A stretch of 64,000 nt of DNA, taken from contig NC_043024.1 of NCBI RefSeq assembly GCF_006345805.1, positions 11,842,001 through 11,906,000 of the forward strand, written 5' to 3'. Source of the stretch: Octopus sinensis. Its lineage: Eukaryota. This document shows positions 13,701 to 27,539 of the stretch, piece by piece. Position numbers and translations under genes: made by a program. Numbering within the stretch: position 1 is the first letter of the stretch; each line of letters opens with the position of its first letter. The notes below the pieces were generated by a model that searched no databases, was not told where the DNA came from, and worked only from the letters and a program-made list of their open reading frames with translations.

Positions 13701-16700
13701 TTAGACTATTAGCTAGCTCTTGTTTCATAAATCCTAAATAATATAAAACTTTCCTTTCATATGTCCCAAGTTATAATGGAGATTTAAAAGAATCGTAAAT
13801 ATTTATCACATACGATGCATGGACATCGAGGAAATATGTCTAGTGTATCACATGCGATACACAAGACTGCAAACGGTTAACACATCAATGTGTATAATAT
13901 ATTTATAATGTGTATACAATTATAGGCGCAGGCGTGGCTGTGTGGTAAGTAGCTTGTCTACCAACCACATTATTCCGGGTTCAGTCCCACTGCGTGGCAC
14001 CTTGGGCAAGTGTCTTCTACTATAGCCTCGGGCCGACCAAAGTAGCCTGCTAACCAACCACATGGTTCCGGGTTCAGTCCCACTGCGTGGCACCTTGGGC
14101 AAGTGTCTTCTGCTATAGCCCCGGGCCGACCAATGCCTTGTGAGTGGATTTGGTAGACGGAAACTGAAAGAAGCCTGTCGTATATATGTATATATAATAT
14201 ATGTATGTATGTGTGTTTGGTGTGTTTGTGTTTGTTCCCCTAGCATTGCTTGACAACCGATGCTGGTGTGTTTACGTCCACGCCACTTAGCGGTTCGGCA
14301 AAAAGAGACCGATAGAATAAGTACTGGGCTTACAAAAAGAATAAGTCCCGGGGTCGAGTTGCTCGACTGAAGGCGGTGCTCCAGCATGGCCGCAGTCAAA
14401 TGACTGAAACAAGTAAAAGAGTAAAAGAGTAAAAGAGTAAGTGCAAGGTGACTATTTGAAAGGAGATAACGTGAAGCCTCAGGTAAATAAGTTACTTTTT
14501 ATTAATATAACTAGTATGAGAACCTTTTTGATACCACCTTATATATCATTGTTTTTATATCCTGGTGCTGGATAAATAATTTAACGAAGCAAGGAAGAGA
14601 GAAAGTAATCACACGACGCAATACGATTACTATTACATGAGTGGAGGCGCAATGGCCCAGTGGTTAGGGAAGCGGACTCGCGGTCATAGGATTGCGGTTT
14701 CGATTCCCAGACCGGGCGTTGTGAGTGTTTATTGAGCGAAAACACCTAAAGCTCCACGAGGCTCCGGCAGGGGATGGTGGTGATCCCTGCTGTACTCTTT
14801 CACCACAACTTTCTCTCACTCTTACTTCCTGTTTCTGTTGTACCTGTATTTCAAAGGGCCGGCCTTGTCACTCTCTGTGTCACGCTGAATATCCCCGAGA
14901 ACTACGTTAAGGGTACACGTGTCTGTGGAGTGCTCAGCCACTTACACGTTAATTTCACGAGTAGGCTGTTCCGTTGATTCGGATCAACCGGAACCCTCAT
15001 CGTCGTAACTGACGGAGTGCTTCCACTATTACATGAAGTCAAACACTCACTGCTAACGGCTCACAGTGAACGGCTTGCCCAATTGCTCACAGAAATTTAT
15101 TTCATAGCGATGTGTGAGTCCACTTTTAGTCACTTTGGGGTGGTTAGAATCCCTCCACAACAATTGCATTAAGTTTTACTGATAATATTGTAATAATAAT
15201 GTTGTAATAATGTCTAAGAATAACAACACTAAAGTTTGGTTCCATACTTTAACATTGTATTAATCTCATTTATTGACTTCTGTTTGCAGGCAATATTAAG
15301 CTCTACCAGCAAACCAAAAACGAAAATTAACAGCCATATTATTTCTGCAAGTATTCCTAAAATCTCAGTAACCGACCTTGATGAACCAGTTACCATATCA
15401 TTCATATTATTAGATAAGGTAATATCTCTCTCTCTCTCTTTTCTCTTTTACTTGTTTCAGTCATTTGACTGCGGCCATGCTGGATCACCGCCTTTAATCG
15501 AGCAACTCGACCCCGGGACTTATTCTTTGTAAGCCCAGTACTTATTCTATCGGTCTCTTTTTTGCCGAACCGCTAAGTGACGGGGACGTAAGCACACCAG
15601 CATCGGTTGTCAAGCGATGCTAGGGGGACAAACACAGACACACAAACATACACACATATATATATATACATATATACGACAGGCTTCTTTCAGTTTCCGT
15701 CTACCAAATCCACTCACAAGGCATTGGTCGGCCCGGGGCTATAGCAGAAGACACTTGCCCAAGATGCCACGCAGTGGGACTGAACCCGGAACCATGTGGT
15801 TGGTTAGCAAGCTACCTACCACACAGCCACTCCTGCGTATTTATTATTTCTGTTGCTGTTGTTAATGACACTGTGTAACAGGATTTTTGTCCTTGGAGAG
15901 CAACTGTTATTTCCTGTGTGCTGACCCCTAGAAAGTCATGAAAAATGGTTAAAATTTCTTTAAAACTTTGCTTTTCTTATGATATTTATTCAAACTCCAA
16001 AGAATCCCTTTCAACTTATGGCTATGATGCTCCCTCACTACTCGTGGTCATGATCAGAGAGCACATATTGTCAGCCATTAAGGGATACGCTCAAGTGGTT
16101 GAGGTCAAGCAGCTCATAAGTGAGCCTGTGGTATTGAGCAGAATATTTGTTATAACGATATTTCTGCTTCAGCAACTCAGAGTTGAATCTATGGGAAATG
16201 TAATGGAAAATTGGTCAGTTTCAAAAAAATTGATGTCCAACTGACAAAAAGCAAAATGTGAAGGGAATAGCAGTCATTTCCTTTGATTTCTTGATAGAAG
16301 TAATTAAGAAATAACGTGGAGGCGCAATGGCCCAGTGGTTAGGGCAGCGGACTCGCGGTCGTAGGATCGCGGTTTCGACTCCCAGACCGGGCGTTGTGAG
16401 TGTTTATTGAGCGAAAACACCTAAAGCTCCACGAGGCTCCGACAGGGGATGGTGGTGATCGCTGCTGTACTCTTTCACCACAACTTTCTCTCACTCTTAC
16501 TTCCTGTTTCTGTTGTACCTGTATTTCAAAGGGCCGGCCTTGTCACTCTCTGTGTCACGCTGAATATCCCCGAGAACTACGTTAAGGGTACGCGTGTCTG
16601 TGGAGTGCTCAGCCACTTACACGTTAATTTCACGAGAAGGTTGTTCCGTTGATCGGATCAAGCGGAACCCTCATCGTCGTAACCGACAGAGTGCTTCCAT

Positions 16701-18465
16701 CCATCCATAAGAAATAACACTTATTGACCAAAGACAAGTAAATCTGTTGTATTGAGCAGAATATTTGCTATAATGTATTGTCATCCACTAAGGAACATGC
16801 TCAAGCGGTTGAGGTTAAGCATCTGACAAGTAAATCTGTGCTATTGAGCAGAATATTTGCTATAACGATATTTCTGCTTCAGCAACTCAGCACTGAGTCG
16901 GTCTGAAATGTAATGGAAAATGGGTCAGTTTGGAAACATTGATGTCCAGATGACAAAAGCAAAATGTGAAGGGAATCGCAGTCGTTTCCTTTGATTTCTA
17001 GATAGAAGTAAATAGGAAATAACACTTAATGACCAAAGACAACAAGCATCTGTGGTATTGCGCAGAATATTTGCTGAAACGTATTGTCAGCCACTAAGGG
17101 ACATGCTTAAGTGGTTAAGGTCAATCAACTGATAAACAAATCTGTTGTATTGAGCAGAATATTTGCTATAACGATATTTCTGCTTCAGCAACTCAGCACT
17201 GAGTCAGTCTGAAATGTAATGGAAAAGGGGTCAGTTTATAAACATTGATGTCCAGGTCAGGAAATGAAAGTTTGAAGGGACTAGTAGTGATTTTCTTTGA
17301 TTTCTAGATAAAAGCAAATAAGAAATAAAACCGAACAAAGACAAAATAAAATTAATAAATTTTTTTACGCATTATTAATAACTAGCAGTATAGCCCGGCG
17401 TTGCTCGGGTTTGGACTGGAAATAACTATATAAGCATTTTTAGAGATGTAAAGTATAATAGCCATCTCAATATGGCTAACCACTAGGGGGGGTTGTTACT
17501 GTAGCTTTTTACGTTCTGAGATTTAATAATAAATTTTTAGAGAGTTACTTCCCTTATATATGCCAAAAATGCATTAAAAATGGGAAAAATTGATGGTAAT
17601 TTTTTTTTAAATCGTAGACTCATCGTAGACGCGCGCTAATACCCAGAAGGGCTCGATATGAATCACGACTATAAGATACCCGGTTTTGGTTAAACTGCAC
17701 CGCAAAATGTGGGAGTAGTTAGGAATCTAAATCGTAGGAGACAGACAGCACACAACCTCACTTTTATATATAAAGATGTACAACCTAAGGCGGCGATCTG
17801 GCAGAATCGTTAGCACGCCGGGCGAAATGCGTAGCCGTATTTCGTCTGCCGTTACGTTCTGAGTTCAAATTCCGCCGAGGTCGACTTTGCCTTTCATCCT
17901 TCCGGAGTCGATAAATTAAGTACCATTTACGCACTGGGGTCGATATAATCGACTTAATCTGTTTGTCTGTCCTTGTTTGTCCCCTCTATCGCTTGACAAC
18001 CGATGCTGGTGTGTTTACGTTCCCGTAAATTAGCGGTTCGGCAAAAGAGACCGATAGAATAAGTACTAGGCTTACAAAGAATAAGTCCTGGGGGTCGATT
18101 TGCCCGACTAAAGGTGGTGCTCCAGAATGGCCACAGTCAAATGACTGAAACAGGTAAAAGAGTAAATGTTTGACTCGACGCAGCGATTACAAAGTATTCT
18201 GATTAAATTACCAAAATAATTTTTTTTTTCCAGAATACCTATAACGCACGGTGTGTTTATTGGGATGAAGCCCCTGGAAGGAATCCCCAATGGTCAACAG
18301 CAGGCTGCAATATATCCTACGATGATCCTGGAAAGAGAGTATTGTGTTCTTGTAACCATCTTACAAATTTTGCTTTACTAATGGTTGGTGAAATTATTAG
18401 AACTTATTAATTACCTGTGATTTGACAGTTCTGTCTGTGCATTAACAATTTTAAAGAGTTGTATA

Positions 18466-18538
<73 letters not shown>

Positions 18539-18788
18539 CATACATATATATATGCGACTGAGGTAGGATTAATGCCAAGAGGTAAAATTTATCCCCACTT
18601 TATATATATATATATATTATATATAGGCGCAGGAGTGGCTGTGTGGTAAGTAGCTTGCTAACCAACCACATGGTTCCGGGTTCAGTCCCACTGCGTGGCA
18701 TCTTGGGTAAGTGTCTTCTGCTATAGCCCCGGGCCGACCAATGCCTTGTGAGTGGATTTGGTAGACGGAAACTGAAAGAAGCCTGTCG

Positions 18789-18825
<37 letters not shown>

Positions 18826-19324
18826 ATGTGTGTGTGTTTGTATGTCTGTGTTTGTCCCCCTAGCATTGCTTGACAACCGTTGCTGGTGTGTTTACGTCCC
18901 CGTCACTTACCGGTTCAGCAAAAGAGACTGATAGAATAAGTACTGGGCTTACAAAGAATAAGTCCCGGGGTTGATTTGCACGACTAAAGGTGGTGCTCCA
19001 GCGTGGCCGCAGTCAAATGACTGAAACACGTAAAAGAGTAAAGAGTATATATATATATTAGGTGGTGTTTTTCAAACGATGAATAGATTTGTGTAAACCA
19101 TGGTTCGCTTTGTACTCTTACTTTATTATCATCTTATAATCATCTCATAATAATGACTTCAATGACTCGTATTACTACCTCAGTCATTCTAAATGTATTT
19201 ATGTGTCGTTACCTGTCATAAATAGCCTTTTTCTATTTGCAATATGCATTTTCGTTGATTTTTCATATTTTACCCTTACATTTCCACGTGTATTTCATAT
19301 TTTCTTTTTGTAACACATTTCTAC

Positions 19325-19404
<80 letters not shown>

Positions 19405-19959
19405 TGCCCTGATGCAGTACCAGGCAGTGGCTCTCATGGCTTCTGATCTTAACTGATTGGAAGTGTTATCATGTACATTGTTTTGTCTTGGTATAAAAGA
19501 TGGGCTACAGCAAATATTCTGCTCAATACCACAGATTTGCTTGTCAGTTGTTTGACCTTAACCAGTTGAGCATGTCCCTTAGTGGCTGACGATATGTGCA
19601 TCTCTGATCACGAGCAGAAGTAGTGGGGGAGCATCATAGCCATGTGTTGAGAGGGATTCTTTGGGGTTTGAATAGTTCACCTCTGGAAACATGGGTGGTT
19701 CTTTCAACATCCTTAAACAACCCTTATTCAGGGACCGTTTGAGCGGGATGGGCTACTCAACCTGAAGAAAATTCTAACTGGGCCCCACCCGCAAGGTCAT
19801 GTGCTGTTTATCTTGATATGAGATCACCATGTCGCGCACATATGGTTGTGATGCATGTGCCTGGTGTACCTTTATCAGACGGGTAGTCATGATGGGTATA
19901 TTGGGCTTCGTATATTTTACCCCAGTGTCACTTTGATGGCATGAACTGCTCTCTCACTC

Positions 19960-20008
<49 letters not shown>

Positions 20009-20697
20009 TTAGGGAATAAATCCAAACTTACAGGGAAAAATTAGATTTAGGATTAAATCCAATTTTATAGTATAAATATATTATATTATATTATATTATA
20101 TTAAATTAGAGATAAAACCACTATTAGGCAAATCAAACAGTGAAAAACATAAGCCAATACATAAAATTAATTTAAAAATATAAAAGTTAAAAATCAAAAA
20201 AAATTATTTAAATAAATTAAACTTATAAATTTTAAATATATATATATACAAATATATATATATATATGTATATATATACTAAGTAATTAAGGGTTTAGCA
20301 ACGATTTGCCTCACCACACACCGAATTTAGAAATAGCAGTCAAAGAGTTATGGCTATTCTTTCTACTTAAAAGAGAGATCTCAGTAAAACCACAGCACTT
20401 AAAAGGGAAACAACGCAAGTAAAAGAGAAAGAAATGACGACAATCATTCTATATTAAGTCACCTACGGACGTACGTTTCGAAATTAAGTCATAGGAAAGC
20501 ATAAAAATTAAATAATTATGTCTTACCCGACTATTTTTCTCCTCAGCGTAGGACTCTACAATCATAAATGATTGTGTATTAAATTTGGAGGCACTAGAAG
20601 GCATCACCTCAACTCATGGTATCAGAGCGAGTGTAAGCCGTGACCAGTATCACCAAATTCAAAGTGTGAATGACAGTATGTGTCACCATCCTCCTCC

Positions 20698-20757
<60 letters not shown>

Positions 20758-20900
20758 CATATATATATATATATATGTATGTATATTTTTATATTTATTT
20801 TATTAATTAATTAATTAACTTATTTATTTATTTATTCATTTATTTAAAAAAAAATAAATATCAAAAGTATTAAAAGTTTAATAAAATATATATATATATT

Positions 20901-20952
<52 letters not shown>

Positions 20953-20965
20953 ATATTATATATAT

Positions 20966-21061
<96 letters not shown>

Positions 21062-24000
21062 GTATTGCCAGTGAGTTTGTAAGATTATAGACGACCATAT
21101 AAAAGAGATGAAGGGGAGCTAACTGATGTTTTTTTTCTTTTTTTGGCAGAATGTCTACCAGAAGGAAGTCAATATAAAGAATACCGAAGTCTTATCTGCA
21201 ATATCTAACGCTGGATGTGGAATATCGTTAGCTTGTCTCGTTCTTACAATAATACTTTATGTTTCTTTAAAGTAAGCATTTCAATTTCTGTTTGTTTGTG
21301 CAAACATGGCTGTGTGTGCGGAAAAAAACGCTTGGTTCACGACCACATGGTTCCAGGTTCAGTCCTAATGCATGCCATGTTGTGCAAGTGTCTTCTACCA
21401 TAGCCTCAGGCCAACCAAACCCTTGTGAGTAAATTTGTTAGATGGAAACTGTTAGAAGCCTATCGTATACATGTAATGTATACAATGGGAGAAGAGTCTA
21501 TGGGAGAAGAGTCTATGAGGATGGAGGAAGGGTCTGTCAGGATGGGAGAGAGGTCCACTAGGTTGGGGGAAGGGTCTGTCAGGATGCAGAGGGGTCTGTA
21601 AGGATGGGGAAGGGGTCTGTCAAGATGGGAGAAGAGTCTATGAGGATGGGGGAAGGGTCTGCAAGGATGGAGGAAGGGTCTGTCAGAATGGGAGAGAGGT
21701 CCACTAGGTTGGGGGAAGGGTCTGTCAGGATGCAGAAGGGTCTGTAAGGATGGGGAAGGGGTCTGTCAAGATGGTAGAAGAGTCTATGAGGATGGGGGAA
21801 GGGTCTGAAAGGATGGAGGAAGGGTCTGTCAGGATGGGAGAGAGGTCCACTAGGTTGGGGGAAGGGTCTGTCAGGATGCAGAGGGTCTGTAAGGATGGGG
21901 AAGGGGTCTGTCAAGATGGGAGAAGAGTCAATGAGGATGGGGGAAGGGTCTGAAAGGATGGAGGAAGGGTCTGTCAGGATGGGAGAGAGGTCCACTAGGT
22001 TGGGGGAAGGGTCTGTCAGGATGCAGAGAGGTCTGTAAGGATGGGGAAGGGGTCTGTCAGGATGGTGTGTCTTTGTGTCTATTTCCACACCATCCTGACA
22101 GACCCCTTCCCCATCCTTACAGACCCCTCTGCATCCTGACAGACCCTTCCTCCAACCTTGTGGACCTCTCTCCCATCCTGAGAGACCCTTCCTCCGTTCT
22201 TTCAGACCCTTCCCCCATCCCCATAGACTCTTCTCCCATCTTGACAGACACTTCCTCCATCCTGGAAGATCTCTCCCCAGTCTGACAGATCCTCTACCCA
22301 TCCTAACAGACCCCTCTGCCATCCCGACAAAGCCTTCTCCCATTCCGACAGACCCCTACCTCTATTCTGACAGACCCTTCCCCCATCCTGACAGACTCCA
22401 CCCCCATCCTGACAGACCACTCCCTGATCCTAACAGACCCATCCCCATCCTTACAGACCCCTCCCCATCCTGACAGAACCCTCCTCATCATGATAGACCC
22501 TCCCTCATCCTTACACACACCTCCCCCATCCTTACAGACCCCTCTCCCATCCTGACAGACCTCCCTGATCCTAACAGACCCTTCCCATCCTTACAAATCC
22601 CTCCCCATCCTGCCAGCCCTCCTCCCTGATCCTAACAGACCCCTCCCCATCCTGACAGACCTCTCCCCGTCCTGACAGACCCCTCCCCATCATGATAGAC
22701 CCTCCCCCATCCTCTATTCTGACAGACCCTTTCCCCATCCTGACAGACTCCACCCCCATCCTGACAGACCCCTCCCTGATCCTAACAGACCCATCCCCAT
22801 CCCGACAGAGCCCTCCCCATCCTTACAGACCCCTCCCCATGCTGACAGCCCTCCTCCCTGATCCTAACAGACCCCTCCCCATCCTGACAGAACCCTCCTC
22901 ATCATGATAGACCCTCCCCCATCCTTACACACACCTCCCCCATCCTTACAGCCCTCCTCCCTGATCCTAACAGACCCCTCCCCATCCTGACAGACCTCTC
23001 CCCGTCCTGACTGACCCCTCCCCATCATGATAGACCCTCCCCCATCCTTATACACACCTCCCCCATCCTTACAGACCCCTCCCCCATCCTGACAGACCTT
23101 CTCCCTGATCCTAACAGACCCTCCCCATCCTTACAGACCCCTCCCCATCCTGACAGCCCTCCTCCCTCATCCTAACAGACCCCTCCCAATCCTGACAGAC
23201 CCCCCATCATGATAGACCCTCCCCCATCCTTACACACACCTCCCCCATCCTTACAGACCCCTACCCCACCCTGACAGACTCCACCTCCCTCTTTACAGAC
23301 CCCTCCCTCATCCTGACAGACTTTCTCCCCGATCCTGACAGACCCCTTCCCATCCTGACAGACCTTTCTTCCATCCAAAGTCAATTTTGCCTTTCATCCT
23401 TTGAGGGGAGTTGTCAATAAAATTAGTACCAGTTGCACACTGGGGGAGGTCTATATAATTGACCTAATCCCCTATCTCCCAAAACTGCTTGCCTTGTGCC
23501 AAAATTTAAAACCAATATTTCTTCATTCGTTATTTCAGAAATCTGTGGAAAATGTTGTTTTCAAAGATTTTAGTCAGCTTGTGCGTTTCTTTGGCAATCA
23601 CAAACCTTATCTTTATTGCTGGGATGCAGGCGCATGCTGTAAAATCAATAGTTATCTGTAAGGTAAGTGAAAATGCATTTATGCTTGTACATGCTTTGCT
23701 TTATATTAAGCACGAGTGGTGGAAGCACTCCGTCGGAAAGAAAGAAAAAAGAAAGAAAGAAGAAAAAAAATTGTTTACATCTTTACAGCTGGTCAGTTCT
23801 TTCAATAGAAAGTGATGAGTTGATTCTTGGCCTTTAAAAATGGTAAAGCCATGTGGCTACTCTGAGTGGGTCTTGATAAAAAGTTATTTTTCAAAAAATT
23901 GTCTGGATTTATTATCATCGTCATCATCATTGTCTTTTACTATCCTATGGCAGCACTCCGTCGGTTACGACGACGAAGTTTCCGGTTGATCCGAATCAAC

Positions 24001-27000
24001 GGAACAGCCTGCTCGTGAAATTAACGTGTAAGTGGCTGAGCACTCCACAGACACGTGTACCCTTAACGTAGTTCTCGGGGATATTCAGCGTGACACAGAG
24101 AGTGACAAGGCCGGCCCTTTGAAATACAGGTACAACAGAAACAGGAAGTAAGAGTGAGAGAAAGTTGTGGTGAAAGAGTACAGCAGGGATCACCACCATC
24201 CCTGCAGGAGCCTCGTGGAGCTTTAGGTGTTTTCGCTCAATAAACACTCACAACACCCGGTCTGAGAATCGAAACCGCGATCCAACGACCGCGAGTCCGC
24301 TGCCCTAACCACTGGGCCATTGCGCCTCCACTAAGCACGAGTAAAACGCCCCCGTCCAATGGACGGTGCTGAACTGTCAAACATGTAAACCAAATTATCT
24401 CAAAACAACTTGTCCGACCGTCCCATAGGCCTCCCCTGGGGAAATGACACTGACCAAAGAAAAAAGAAAGATTAAAATTTTGCTACATAGGTACAGCTGT
24501 GGCCTGTGGTAAAAAGCTTGCTTTCCAACCACGTGGTTCCAGGTTCAGTCCCATTGCATAACACCTTGGGCAAGTGACTTCTACTATGGCCTCAGGCTGA
24601 CCAAAGCCTTGTGAGTGGATTTGGTACATTGAAACTGAAAGAAGCCCATTGTGTATATACATATATGTATCTACGAGCAAAACATCCCCTGTCTAATGGA
24701 AGGTGCTGAGTTGTCAAACATTTAAACCAAATTTTCTCAAAACAACTTGTCCGACCGTCCCATAGGCCTCCCCTTTGAGAAACACGCATTTAACCTAAAT
24801 TTCAGACACCATCAAAGGAAGAAATAAAGATAGACTTTTTTTCTATTCCAAAGAAAAACGATTTTATTCACACAAATATGTAACCCAAGAGTTTAAAGTA
24901 CAAGTAATGATAAGACTGTTGGCTGGGAGAACACAAACATGGTTTAAACAGTAAGCTTGGCAGGAAAGAAACGTGCCTTTAAGCAGTACAAAAGCAACAA
25001 AAAATGGAAGGTGCAGTTATGTACAGATTGATGGAAGAAAAGCAAGATAAAAATGGCTTTATCGATCGCATTCTCACCTGGAATCGATTTTTGTAATTTT
25101 TTCAAGACTTATACACGCCCTGATACCTATTTCTTTATTACCCACAAGGGGCTTAACATAGAGGGGACAAACAAGGACAGACAAACGGATTATCCAATAG
25201 GACTGTGGTGGATTAGCAAAATCATTATATGAACTTATTTTCTCTACTGAATTTACGTCACTACATCGAACTTTGAGCAGGGCCTGGTTTTGATTTTCAT
25301 CCTTCTGGATGTAAAATATCAATCAATAGCAGTATCGTCCGGCGTTGCTCCGGTTTGTTTCGACCCTTTAGAATTGGAGGTTTTGTAGCTTGCATTATGT
25401 AGCTTGTTATTCTCTTTAAGTGAACATTTTTCCAGTTGAAATACACCGAAAAATGGCGACACAGCAGTCAAAATATCGTAAAAAAATAAGGATTTTCATA
25501 GAAAAAAAAGCACCTTTTTGATGTAAGTAATTTTTGGTGTTAACATGGTTCGATCTGAATTTTATCTTCTACGGAAGGAAGAACAAGCCTTCTTCTATCA
25601 TACTCTCGATTTTGATCAACTTGCGCCGCAGGGTCTCGGAGGAGACAGTGTTAGTTGAAGGCTGCCAAACCTGCCACACACAGCCAACTTCAGCTTTATA
25701 TATATAGACTAGCAGTATACCCGGCGTTGCTCGGGTTTGTTTCGACCCTTTAGAATTGGAATTTTTGAAAAGTAAAACTTTTGCATTATGTAGCTTGTTA
25801 TTCTCTTTAAGCGAACATTTTTCTGGTTGAAATACACCGAAAAATGGCGACACAGCAGTTAAAAAGTCGTAATAAATAGGGATTTTCATAGAAAAAAAGT
25901 ACCTTTTTGATGTAAATAATTTATGGTGTTAACATGGTCCGATTTGAATTTTTTCTTCTTTGAAAGGAAGAGCAAGCCTTCTTTTATCATACTCTCAATT
26001 TTGGTCAACTTGCGCCGCAGGGTCTCGGAGGAGATTGTGTTAGTTGAAAGTTACCAAATCTGCCATACACAGACAACTTCAGCTTTATATATATAGATAA
26101 TTGGTATGTGTTCACAAAGTCCAAACGATTAATACGAAAAAACCCTCCAGGCTACATCCCGAAAATTCATTTCTTTGCCGAATTTCTACAATGTTTACGG
26201 CGATTCGTTTTTATATCTTGATTTTTTTTTTCATGCAATTTACGCATGCTTGCACGCGTGGTGAAAACAGTTCACGTCAAACAGCTGACTGAGTAAAGTT
26301 CACTATTCAATGCATGGGATAAGGCCTAAACAGACACATTATCGATTTTTGCACTTGCGAGATGAATTTCGGAACAGAAAAAGCGCAGTTCAATTTTCAT
26401 TCGCCTAAACTTTAAGTGACCCATTTTTTTTGTGGTTCTACGATTTGTTGGCTAGGAGGAGATGTGCCGGGAAGTTAAACACACAGACACACAAGTTGAG
26501 TTTTATATATATAGAAGTACCAGCACCGATACTGTTAACTATATCCCCACCCCTGCAAAACAATATATTCAATATATACCCGAGGCCGTGTGTCGATGGC
26601 AGAAGTCATTATTGTTGGTGCTGATGTTGTTATTGTTGTCATTACAGTTGGTGGCTGCTCTGTTACACTACTTCCTTCTGGTGTCTTTCATGTGGATGGC
26701 TATAGAAGCAGTACATCTTCTCTTAAATATCGTTGTTTGCTTCAAAACGTTTGAGGCATCTTTCATAATGAGAGCTTCAATTTTAGCATGGGGTATGTAT
26801 AACGATTTTTTGTTACTTTATCTATCTCTCCCTCACACACACACACACACACACACCACACACACACACACACACGCGCGCGCAGACACACAATTTCCCT
26901 ATCTGTCTGTCTGTCTCTTTCTCTCTTTGATAGACATATAAGCTGAAAATAATACGAATTAAATCTAAAGTGAATATCAAATAAATAGTGCTTGCTTCAT

Positions 27001-27497
27001 TGGCTCAAAAACTGACCATCTGTTTCGTTATTACTCACAAGGGGCTAAACACAGAGGGGACAAACAAGGACAGACAAACGGATTAAGTCGATTATATCGA
27101 CCTCAGTGCGTAACTGGTACTTATTTAATCGACCCTGAAAGGATAAAAGGCAAAGTCGACCCGACCTCGGTGGAATTTGAACTCAGAACGTAGAGGCAGA
27201 CGAAAAACCTATTTCTTTACTACCCACAAGGGGCTAAACATAGAGAGGACAAACAAGGACAGACAAACGGATTGAGTCGATTATATCGACCCCAGTGCGT
27301 AACTGGTACTTAATTTATCGACCCCGAAAGGATGAAAGGCAAAGTCGACCTCGGCGGAATTTGAACTCAGAACGTAGAGGCAGACGAAATACGGCTACGC
27401 ATTTCGCCCGGCGTGCTAACGATTCTGCCAGCTTGTCGCCCTATCAAAACTGACCATCTCCAAGCATAACAATGCACGCACACGCACACACGTATGT

Positions 27498-27539
<42 letters not shown>

